A stretch of 20,000 nucleotides of DNA, taken from an uncultured virus (IMG/VR IMGVR_UViG_3300033127_000053). Lineage: Duplodnaviria; Heunggongvirae; Uroviricota; Caudoviricetes. Positions within the stretch are counted from its first letter, which is position 1, and each line of letters starts with the position of its first letter. Both the position numbers and the translations under genes were made by a program. Shown piece after piece: positions 9,419-16,687 of this stretch. Where the stretch lies: the IMG/VR virus record IMGVR_UViG_3300033127_000053. One strand, given 5' to 3'. Below the pieces are notes generated by a model, which had not been told where the DNA came from, did no database searches, and was given only the letters and a program-made list of their open reading frames with translations.

Positions 9419-9442
9419 ATATGCACCCAATTAACGTTAATT

Positions 9443-9829
9443 ATGGTTTTACACTACGCCGCCGATATCGGTTTTAGCTTCCTACTTTTAGGCATTGCTG
9501 AAGCCATCGTTAAGCCATTTGCAATTGAGTTTGTAGACCGCGTCTTTTTGCCTAACCTGCGTGATATTTACATCGAAGAGATTAACCCACGCTCGGGCGA
9601 ATGGTTCAGTGAAGGTCGCACCCGCGAGGAAATGATCGAAGAGATCAGCGGTGTGATGGCCAATCGGATCAATAACTTTGCTAAGCAGGCAAAACCTATC
9701 AGGAAATATTTGATTAAGCGTTTACGAAGTCAGTACGACTTCGTCGAACATGCTGCGGTCGTTAAAGAAGCCGGGGTTAAAACGGTACCTGCGTCTACGT
9801 CTGAGGAGGTGGTAATAGATGGTGAGTAA
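9443..9829 (+). CDS. Small protein with N-terminal hydrophobic segment (first gene of the lysis cassette)
   Basis: IGFSFLLLGIAEAIV hydrophobic stretch; overlaps the next gene by 11 nt. Confidence 0.7.
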   Translation: MVLHYAADIGFSFLLLGIAEAIVKPFAIEFVDRVFLPNLRDIYIEEINPRSGEWFSEGRTREEMIEEISGVMANRINNFAKQAKPIRKYLIKRLRSQYDFVEHAAVVKEAGVKTVPASTSEEVVIDGE

Positions 9830-10907
9830 TCCTTTATCGGGAGGTGATCAGCTTGAAGACATCGGCGAATCTGCGTATGTTGATCCGAATGACTTCGAAG
9901 TTCCCGAATCGCCTGTTTTCAATCCTGCGTGCCCTAAGAATGCAGAATTGTTTCAGGCGTGTTTTTTAAATGCGCCCATTGCGTTGATGTTAGTTGACGT
10001 CGACACCCGCAGGATTTACGAGTGGAATCCCTATGCCACGTCGTTATTTGGGTTTCAGCGAGATCAGGCCATTGGTGAGACCATCGGTTTGATTATCGAT
10101 CCGAGCACGATGTCAGAGTCAGAGCACGACGACTTTTTTGACAGATATGCTGCTAGGGGTATAGATGCCATGGCTCGAACCTTCGACAGGGGTCGAACTA
10201 TCCGAGGGCGCACGAAAGACGGTCGTAAGCCGTTTATCAGGGTAAAGGTGTTTCCTGCCGTCGGGCCTGATGGTAAGCAGTATATCGGCGCGGCGCTTGA
10301 GGATTTGTCACAGACTAACCAGTTATTGAGGGAAGTTGAATCCAGCAATAAGGAATTAGAGGCTAAACGGCATGAGCTAGAGTCTCTTTATCAGTCTCAG
10401 CTTGACTCTAATAGTAAGCTGTTTAACGATAACGTCGACCTAAACGACGCGCTGATAAAAGCCGAACAAGCGCGCGCCCGCGCTGATTTCCGTATACAGC
10501 AGTTTAGGGGACGGGCGACCATCATCAAGGCGCTACTTGGCGTCATTGTGGTCGGCTTGTTTTTCCCCATGTTGATCAGCGGCTTTAACCGAGTGCCGTC
10601 TGAAATTCTCCAGTTAAACCGTGACCTTCTCATCATCCTTGCCAGTTTATTATCTGCGTTAGGATCGGGCTTCTTTGGCTTGCAAGAAGGGCTTAGGGAG
10701 TCGGCTAATGTATCGCAGACGACTTACACCGGCGGCATGTATTCGCAACCGGCTGTACCAGGGCGCGAAGTAATTAGCCCCGCCCCTGGTGCGGACCCAT
10801 ACGAAGAGATGACCGTTAGGCCTGATTATTCAACGACCCCGCCTGTATCTACCCACACGCGCAGAGAAAGGATAGACACCCGAGAGACCATAAACGATGG
10901 CCCATGA
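9819..10907 (+). CDS. PAS-domain (FixL-like) + coiled-coil + 2-TM membrane protein
   Basis: PAS aa ~43-165: FLNAPIALMLVD, IYEWNPYATSLFGFQRDQAIGETIGLII, HDDFFDRY, GRTIRGRTKDG, AALEDLSQ. Coiled coil aa ~166-230; TMs aa ~235-255 and ~270-288. Strong SD GAGGAGG upstream. Confidence 0.85.
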   Translation: MVSNPLSGGDQLEDIGESAYVDPNDFEVPESPVFNPACPKNAELFQACFLNAPIALMLVDVDTRRIYEWNPYATSLFGFQRDQAIGETIGLIIDPSTMSESEHDDFFDRYAARGIDAMARTFDRGRTIRGRTKDGRKPFIRVKVFPAVGPDGKQYIGAALEDLSQTNQLLREVESSNKELEAKRHELESLYQSQLDSNSKLFNDNVDLNDALIKAEQARARADFRIQQFRGRATIIKALLGVIVVGLFFPMLISGFNRVPSEILQLNRDLLIILASLLSALGSGFFGLQEGLRESANVSQTTYTGGMYSQPAVPGREVISPAPGADPYEEMTVRPDYSTTPPVSTHTRRERIDTRETINDGP

Positions 10908-11545
10908 GACGAATAAACAGATCGATTAACACCTTTTCATCAAGGCTACGCAGATCGCTGACGGACAACCTTATCCCTATCGGTATTTTTTCGGCGATCG
11001 CGCTACTTCTTCAGTACATCTGGGTAGGCGCGTTATCGGGCGCGTGCGTCGTTGATATCGAGTCTGATATCAGTAGTCGCTACATCCCTTTAATTCAAAA
11101 AAAGGTGACTGCTGAGTCGGTGATGAAGACGTATTTTAATAACGAGTTACGCGCCGACTCGATGCGGGTATTTCTGCTGAGCTCAGACTTTAGCTCGCGC
11201 GTTGAATTTGCCGCTGTGGTCAATCCGAATAGCTCACAAAAAATAGGCACGGTGAACTTTGCACCGTTGGTCGGTGACACGTATCTCAATCAAAAAGACG
11301 CCCATGAATCGGGCCGGTGCATCAATATCATTGTTTCTAAAGAAAAACCCGGCGGTTACCGCACCGCCGCCGAACGTGCCAAAGTAGCTGAGTTTATATC
11401 TTGCCCCATATTCTCGCAGCGAAATTTCCTAATCGGCTACACGGCGACCGCCTATGAAACAGTGTTACCCGATTTTGAAATCGATCCGCTCATGGCGAGA
11501 TTGAAGCTAGAGACTGAGTCTTTAGCTGAAATTCTAGCCGGTTGA
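10904..11545 (+). CDS. Single-TM + GAF-like domain protein, resembling T4 holin T
   Basis: Basic N-terminus, TM LIPIGIFSAIALLLQYIWVGAL, ELRADSMRVFLL, HESGRC, FISCPIFSQRNFLIGYTATAY, C-terminal helix ending LAEILAG. 213 aa; ATGA overlap with the PAS gene. Confidence 0.65.
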   Translation: MRRINRSINTFSSRLRRSLTDNLIPIGIFSAIALLLQYIWVGALSGACVVDIESDISSRYIPLIQKKVTAESVMKTYFNNELRADSMRVFLLSSDFSSRVEFAAVVNPNSSQKIGTVNFAPLVGDTYLNQKDAHESGRCINIIVSKEKPGGYRTAAERAKVAEFISCPIFSQRNFLIGYTATAYETVLPDFEIDPLMARLKLETESLAEILAG

Positions 11546-12171
11546 TGTTGATTATGTATAACAATTGGCCCGAGCGAGAACGCAAGATAAACCGAGCTAA
11601 AACCAGACACGCTATTAAGAAATGGCTTGGTTATTTCTTAATTTTCGTCGGGTTTTACGTGTGGCTATGGAAACCGCCGATAGTCTGTGATTACTACACC
11701 GGCGACCCGTATATTTGGTATCAAGATGTAGATCGTGCTTATCGGTTCGAGCGCTTGGCTAACCAGATTAGAGAAACAGCGGCCATGGGCGTTGGCAGTG
11801 ATGTGTCAGCGTTCTATCTAATCAACCGCGAGTCGCTGACGTTGGTAGCCGGTGACGATGAAAGCGACCGTGTTCGCGGCGTGCTCGATTCTCAGCAACA
11901 ACTCTATTATGATCTTGCCAAAGATAAAGGATGTGTGCCTATAAACTTCCGCGCAATCGTCGGGCCATGGGCTAAGACCTACTTAGACGCGGGTATCAAC
12001 CACGCGGTTTTGTGCTCGATTAGATCTCGCGTTGGCCAGATGCGCGGCGCGTTGGCCTTCGGTTATTTTGGCGACGACCCGCCTAATTTTGATGAAGTGT
12101 TCCAAACGGTCGCGCCCTATCGTAAAGAACTCAATGAACTAGCCTTAAAAGAGGCTAACGGGGTGTACTAA
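11545..12171 (+). CDS. Second single-TM + GAF-like domain protein (paralog of the upstream gene)
   Basis: Basic N-terminus, TM WLGYFLIFVGFYVWLW, VGSDVSAFYLIN, AGINHAVLCSIRSRVGQMRGALAFGY, C-terminal helix. TGATG overlap with the upstream gene. Confidence 0.6.
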   Translation: MLIMYNNWPERERKINRAKTRHAIKKWLGYFLIFVGFYVWLWKPPIVCDYYTGDPYIWYQDVDRAYRFERLANQIRETAAMGVGSDVSAFYLINRESLTLVAGDDESDRVRGVLDSQQQLYYDLAKDKGCVPINFRAIVGPWAKTYLDAGINHAVLCSIRSRVGQMRGALAFGYFGDDPPNFDEVFQTVAPYRKELNELALKEANGVY

Positions 12172-12204
12172 GATTTAGGATGTCCACTAACAATTGAACC
12201 GACG

Positions 12205-12918
12205 ATGACAAGCCTTAAAACAATTCGAATCACTGACAAAACGCCGATAAAAGCATCACTAGCAATGATGAAAGACTTAGCGCCCGCCGACATTCACATG
12301 TTGAACGTCGGGCCGCTATATGTTGAGAAATACCCGACCGATTCAGACCGCTCTCACATCTACGTAGTTCCGACTAAACAGGACATTCCAAGCGGTTACA
12401 TTTATGTAGGTGATACCAATTGGGAACCTATTAACACTGAGCCGTCGTCGGTGCGAGGTAACCCAACTTATTATCAGATGCATGAAGACGGGCTGACGTT
12501 GTTGCAAGACTTCGAAGGGTGTGAGCTTCAGGCATATGTTGACTGTTGCGGCGTGTGGACGATTGGCCACGGGCACACGGGATCCGACGTTTACAAAGGT
12601 AAGCGAATTAGCAAACATGACGCCGAATTATTGCTTCAAAAAGACGTCGAATGGGTAGAGCGAAATGTTAAGCAGCTTGTGACCGCTGACATCAGCCTTA
12701 AGGAATTCTCGGCATTATGTTGTTTTGTGTTTAACATTGGCGTCGGCGCGTTTTCCGATAGCACGATGTTAAAACTATTGAACAAGCGTGATTATGCGGG
12801 TGCGTCTGCTCAGTTCCTGAGATGGAACAAAGGCGTCATTGAAGGTGAAGTCAGAGAAATCGCCGGATTGACTCGCCGTCGTCTTGCCGAACAAAGCCTG
12901 TTCGATTCGATTGTTTAG
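12205..12918 (+). CDS. Endolysin, GH24 phage lysozyme with an N-terminal extra domain
   Basis: GLTLLQDFEGCELQAYVDCCGVWTIGHGHT (catalytic E-x8-D-x5-T), FSALCCFVFNIGVGAF..STMLKLLN, FLRWNK, GLTRRRLAEQSLF. Confidence 0.93.
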   Translation: MTSLKTIRITDKTPIKASLAMMKDLAPADIHMLNVGPLYVEKYPTDSDRSHIYVVPTKQDIPSGYIYVGDTNWEPINTEPSSVRGNPTYYQMHEDGLTLLQDFEGCELQAYVDCCGVWTIGHGHTGSDVYKGKRISKHDAELLLQKDVEWVERNVKQLVTADISLKEFSALCCFVFNIGVGAFSDSTMLKLLNKRDYAGASAQFLRWNKGVIEGEVREIAGLTRRRLAEQSLFDSIV

Positions 12919-12970
12919 TGTGCCCATGTTTGCCGCCATCAAGTTTCAACCAAACGTGAGATCTTTCATC

Positions 12971-13336
12971 ATGCCCAAAACTCAAGAATTCTTTCTTTCA
13001 TCTACTGACCTTAAAGAAAAGAACGTCGACACGAGTGACGACGGGGTCATCGGACCCGGTGTGGCACCATCCGTCGAATCATTAACCCCGTCATTTATCA
13101 CGCCTGATTTACAACGCATGGCCGACGAGGCTAGAGATACCCGCCGGGCGATTAATTGGGACGCCTTGCAAGCCGATGTGTCGCCGGGTTCGTCTGTGGT
13201 AGATAAAGTCACCGATTTTCACACCGCAGGGTCGCGGCTTATTCATATGCTGGTGCCCAATTACACCGCGCGTAAGGTGCCTCTATCCCTGCTCAATGCT
13301 ATTTGTGACTACCTCGTCAACAACACTAACGTTTAA
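12971..13336 (+). CDS. Hypothetical protein between the two lysins
   Basis: ORF open from 12884; ATG 12971 (or 12926) avoids overlap with the lysozyme. Ends 3 nt before the M15 ATG. Confidence 0.6.
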   Translation: MPKTQEFFLSSTDLKEKNVDTSDDGVIGPGVAPSVESLTPSFITPDLQRMADEARDTRRAINWDALQADVSPGSSVVDKVTDFHTAGSRLIHMLVPNYTARKVPLSLLNAICDYLVNNTNV

Positions 13337-13339
13337 TTT

Positions 13340-14206
13340 ATGACTACTCAATCATTAATAATTACGCAAAACACCTACCTTAAAGGGTTACCGTTTGGCA
13401 GCAACCGCCTGAAAGCCGATGGTGTGACAAACCAGTTGTTGACCATAACAAAAGACACCGAACTTCCTTTAGTTGATTTAGATCACTTTAAGGGTAAGTT
13501 CGACGGGGTTAACTGCGGCCCGCACTACTACATCGAGCTAGAAAAGGCGCGCGCTGGGTATAAGCGTTGGTTCGTATGGGCGGGGCACGCTGACGAGGTG
13601 CACGCAGAGACCACAGAGCGCACCACACCGGCTAGAATACTCGAAGATGATGAAAAGGTCGCCGCTGCCAAAGCGACGGCTAAAATGAGCACGCAGGCCC
13701 TAGCAGAACCCGAGGCCGAAGTCGACATGGGCGAACGTCTAAGCATTCCCGGCATTTCTACGCCTACCTTCATGAACTCGCCGGTATTCTGGCTAGGTAA
13801 TAAGCCTGCACCGATCACATGGGGCGAAGTGTTGCAGTGGGACATCACCCGCGAACCCAAATCGGCGGCTATCGTCGGTCGTATTCTCAAAGTATGCCGA
13901 GTCATGCTAGAAGTGCGAGCCATGTATGCGCAGCCGCTGATTTTCACGAGCGGTTACCGTGACCCACGTAATAACCGTTTGCAGGGCGGATCGTCTAAGT
14001 CTAGGCATATGCAAGGCGACGCCGTTGACTTCTATCCTAAAAATGAAGGCATCACCGCGTCGGGCTGGAAATCACTTTGTAACCTTCACCGCACGGGCGG
14101 TCTTGCCGCTGGATCTGGATTCATGCACCTTGATTTAAGACCATGGCTTGCACACTGGTTATATGGCGGCGGTCCCAGCTTTGCTAATCGTCGCTATTAC
14201 GTTTAA
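13340..14206 (+). CDS. Peptidase M15A (Zn D-Ala-D-Ala carboxypeptidase-like) with N-terminal cyanobacterial-type domain
   Basis: TSGYRDPRNNRLQGGSSKSRHMQGDAVDF...GFMHLDLR (H, D, H zinc ligands); N-terminal NTYLK...HYYIEL...WFVWAGH. Confidence 0.88.
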   Translation: MTTQSLIITQNTYLKGLPFGSNRLKADGVTNQLLTITKDTELPLVDLDHFKGKFDGVNCGPHYYIELEKARAGYKRWFVWAGHADEVHAETTERTTPARILEDDEKVAAAKATAKMSTQALAEPEAEVDMGERLSIPGISTPTFMNSPVFWLGNKPAPITWGEVLQWDITREPKSAAIVGRILKVCRVMLEVRAMYAQPLIFTSGYRDPRNNRLQGGSSKSRHMQGDAVDFYPKNEGITASGWKSLCNLHRTGGLAAGSGFMHLDLRPWLAHWLYGGGPSFANRRYYV

Positions 14207-14283
14207 TCGACACGCCTGTGTGTCGCTTGTAGGCCTGAGCCACAGCGTTTAACGGCTGCACTATCACGCCGATAGCGACGCAT

Positions 14284-14322
14284 AAAAAATACCCCGTCGC
14301 AAGTCTGACAACTTGGACGGGG
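14284..14322 (-). terminator. Rho-independent terminator at the convergence of the two transcription blocks
   Basis: Plus-strand text AAAAAATA-CCCCGTC(G)CAAGT-ctgaca-ACTTGGACGGGG gives a hairpin plus U-run on the minus strand. Confidence 0.75.
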
Positions 14323-14416
14323 CGGGAAACAGGTTTCAAATCAAAACTCTTTAATTCACAAGACATTGTCTAGATTCCAAAAATAGAGCCTTCCCCCTCC
14401 TAATTTATACAACAGC

Positions 14417-14737
14417 TCAACTATACAACAGAACTACCGACATCGCAGCCATTAACGACAACACGACAGCCAAAGGAACGACACTTATCAGTGTATTTTT
14501 TAGACGCCGGTTGCGCGCTTTCAACAGCTTAATGCGGCGTTGCTGGTAATAGTTCAAGTCGTGACAGTGATAGGCCCGGCGTGTTTGGTAGATGGCTAGA
14601 TTGATGAGCAGATCTCGATCTAGCTTCGAATATTTGAACCTGAGCCAACGCGTATTACGCAAGTGCAGACGCGGCGTTCTTCTTTGTCTAGGTATCCCTG
14701 CGGTTTGCCTGATGGCCCGTTTTTTAAATTCGTTCAT
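14417..14737 (-). CDS. Basic hypothetical protein with a C-terminal TM anchor
   Basis: Arg-rich body; terminal hydrophobic helix LISVVPLAVVLSLMAAMSVVLLYS. Confidence 0.65.
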   Translation of the reverse strand: MNEFKKRAIRQTAGIPRQRRTPRLHLRNTRWLRFKYSKLDRDLLINLAIYQTRRAYHCHDLNYYQQRRIKLLKARNRRLKNTLISVVPLAVVLSLMAAMSVVLLYS

Positions 14738-14782
14738 GGCATCCGAGCGCCTACGTAGGTGTTGTCACTAAAATATACGTAT

Positions 14783-14814
14783 AAAAAATACCCGCGTCAG
14801 TAGCTAGACGCGGG
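14783..14814 (-). terminator. Rho-independent terminator
   Basis: AAAAAATA-CCCGCGTC-agtagcta-GACGCGGG. Confidence 0.8.
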
Positions 14815-14852
14815 CAGTTGAGAGAATTATTATGATGTGATTATTGCACGGG

Positions 14853-15110
14853 TTAGTCGATATCACCTAAATACTTTTCAAAAGTATCAGACCCGGCTTT
14901 GATTCCCCTGTATCGTCGCCACAAAATCAAAGCCACGAACACAGGCCAAGCAATGATGAACGCGTAGGCGTCGCGCTGTTCAGCGGGAGATTTCTCAGCG
15001 AATGAACGGTTCCCCTTTATTTTGAAGAACTCGCAGGCAAACACCGAAACGCCGATGATCCACACTGCAAAAAAGATTGAGGCAATTAACTTAATCATCA
15101 CTAAGATCAT
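14853..15110 (-). CDS. Small 2-TM membrane protein
   Basis: Hydrophobic segments LIASIFFAVWIIGVSVF and AFIIAWPVFVALILW. Confidence 0.65.
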   Translation of the reverse strand: MILVMIKLIASIFFAVWIIGVSVFACEFFKIKGNRSFAEKSPAEQRDAYAFIIAWPVFVALILWRRYRGIKAGSDTFEKYLGDID

Positions 15111-15384
15111 GCGTTTTAACTCCTAAAGTATTTAACAAAGCAAATGCAGCGGAAACCCGAGACAGCGGATCGTCGGCATTAAACCCGCCTTTTAACATCA
15201 TCACTTCGGTTGCTAACGCCGTCGTCGCATGAGTTAGTTCGTTTAAGTAATTGGTTTTAATTACGCTCATTCTAAGCATACCCGCGAGCACTTTTAATAG
15301 TTGTTCCCGTTCAAGCGTCTCGGCTTCTTTGATTGCAAGTTGCAGTCGTAGTTCTTGTTCGACGCTAAGATCTTTAGGGTTCAT
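15091..15384 (-). CDS. nblA: NblA-like phycobilisome degradation protein with C-terminal extension
   Basis: MNPKDLSVEQELRL...ETLEREQLLKVL..ML.MSVIKTNYLNEL fits the NblA pattern (LS.EQ.F.L...MS.EQ....L.........N..K.L). Confidence 0.72.
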   Translation of the reverse strand: MNPKDLSVEQELRLQLAIKEAETLEREQLLKVLAGMLRMSVIKTNYLNELTHATTALATEVMMLKGGFNADDPLSRVSAAFALLNTLGVKTHDLSDD

Positions 15385-15604
15385 GGTTTCTCACTGTAGG
15401 GTTATTCGGAAAAGCGGATATATCAGGCAAACACGTATCTAGAATGACGTGCCCCGACTGATGGTCTATGACTTGAAGTCTCATGGCCCCATTTTCAACG
15501 TATAGAAAATACCCGTGATTAAGGACATCGTCTAGCATTAGGCCTTCGTCATTGCAGGGGTTTTTAACCCAATCTTCTGTTTCTTTTCTAACGTTAAGGT
15601 TCAT
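15374..15604 (-). CDS. Hypothetical protein
   Basis: 76-aa ORF overlapping both neighbours by 11 nt. Confidence 0.6.
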   Translation of the reverse strand: MNLNVRKETEDWVKNPCNDEGLMLDDVLNHGYFLYVENGAMRLQVIDHQSGHVILDTCLPDISAFPNNPTVRNHEP

Positions 15605-16469
15605 AATTCCTCACCATAATTTCAGTTTTGTCGCCTCGGCTTTCACCTTTGCAGTTTATCGACCTGCGGGTCACAACGGTGTCAATGTAAAACTTGCTGT
15701 AGAGTTCACGCGACAGCTTGGTGTCGCTATTACTCAGCAAGAACTTGACGCCGTTATTATCTAACGCTTTGCAATACCACGATAGCGATCGATGCTGTGT
15801 TAATCCAAATCTGTGTTTGCCGTAATTGTAGAATTCCTTATCAGGATTTTCGGGAATGTACGGTGGATCTAAATAAACGAAATCACCGGTAATGACCTTG
15901 CCTGTGACAAAACCGGCTTTACCGATAATCGCGCCGCTGTTGTTAAGTATTTCAGAACATGCATAAATGCGCTTAGGTTCGGCGAATTTTATCTTATATT
16001 TAGCGTCCCCTATTGGGATATTGTGTTGACCGCTGCTATTCTCGCGCCATCGCCCGTTGTACCCAGCCTTAAGCAGAAATATTACCCGCGCCGCACGCTC
16101 TACTTTTGTCCATTCAACAAACGAGTCCTTATCGCGGTCAGCTCCCCTAATTAGGTAGTAATACCCCTCATTTCTTCCCTCTGTTTGAAAATTAGCGGTG
16201 CCGTAAAACATCGCGCCCATCCGTCCCAACGTCGTCAATAACTCGCCGGGTGATTCTCTGATTACCCGCAGGCAGTTAATCAGCTCACGATTATTATCCG
16301 AAATAAAACAACGTTTCCCTGCTAGAACTTCTTCGTATAGCCCAAAGAACACCGAACCCGTGCCGATAAACGGCTCGTGATAATTATTGAATTCCGCAGG
16401 CACGCGATCGCGTATTTCCTCTATCAGGCGCGACTTAGACCCCATAAATTTACAAAAAGAATCAGCCAC
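15594..16469 (-). CDS. dam: Dam-family (D12 class) DNA adenine methyltransferase
   Basis: KFMGSKSRL, YHEPFIGTGSVFF, ISDNNRELIN, GYNGRWRENSSGQHNIPIG, DFVYLDPPY, KFLLSNSDT, RRSIN. GTG start with GAGG upstream. Confidence 0.92.
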   Translation of the reverse strand: MADSFCKFMGSKSRLIEEIRDRVPAEFNNYHEPFIGTGSVFFGLYEEVLAGKRCFISDNNRELINCLRVIRESPGELLTTLGRMGAMFYGTANFQTEGRNEGYYYLIRGADRDKDSFVEWTKVERAARVIFLLKAGYNGRWRENSSGQHNIPIGDAKYKIKFAEPKRIYACSEILNNSGAIIGKAGFVTGKVITGDFVYLDPPYIPENPDKEFYNYGKHRFGLTQHRSLSWYCKALDNNGVKFLLSNSDTKLSRELYSKFYIDTVVTRRSINCKGESRGDKTEIMVRNYEP

Positions 16470-16525
16470 TATCTAACCTCTATTACTTCTTTTCTAGTCT
16501 AAAGTGTAGGCTTTAATTCGTCAAT

Positions 16526-16556
16526 AAAAAAACCGTCAGATCGATTGATCTGACGG
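16526..16556 (-). terminator. Rho-independent terminator
   Basis: AAAAAAA-CCGTCAGATC-gatt-GATCTGACGG (perfect 10-bp stem). Confidence 0.85.
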
Positions 16557-16687
16557 GAGCAAATGAAGTAATCGATAAGAACGGTCAATCCGCCTTATCA
16601 TGGGGTCATTGTACTATTTCGGTTGTTTCATCATGCATGAAGATTTTTGGGAAAATCTTAGAATCGTGTCGACGTGGATATCAGTGT

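Noticed and set aside
9819..12171. PAS/GAF genes as a two-component system or phytochrome/cyanobacteriochrome photoreceptor
   Set aside because: No HisKA, HATPase, REC or GGDEF motifs, and no bilin-binding DIP or CH motif. The GAF domains follow a TM and are probably periplasmic. No LOV GxNCRFLQ motif in the PAS.
13528..13947. Antisense ORFs such as 13528-13947, 3901-4308 and 19466-19768
   Set aside because: They lie largely or wholly opposite well-supported genes and show no recognisable motifs.
14184..14366. 60-aa minus-strand ORF
   Set aside because: It spans a predicted terminator and overlaps the end of the M15 gene on the opposite strand; probably spurious.
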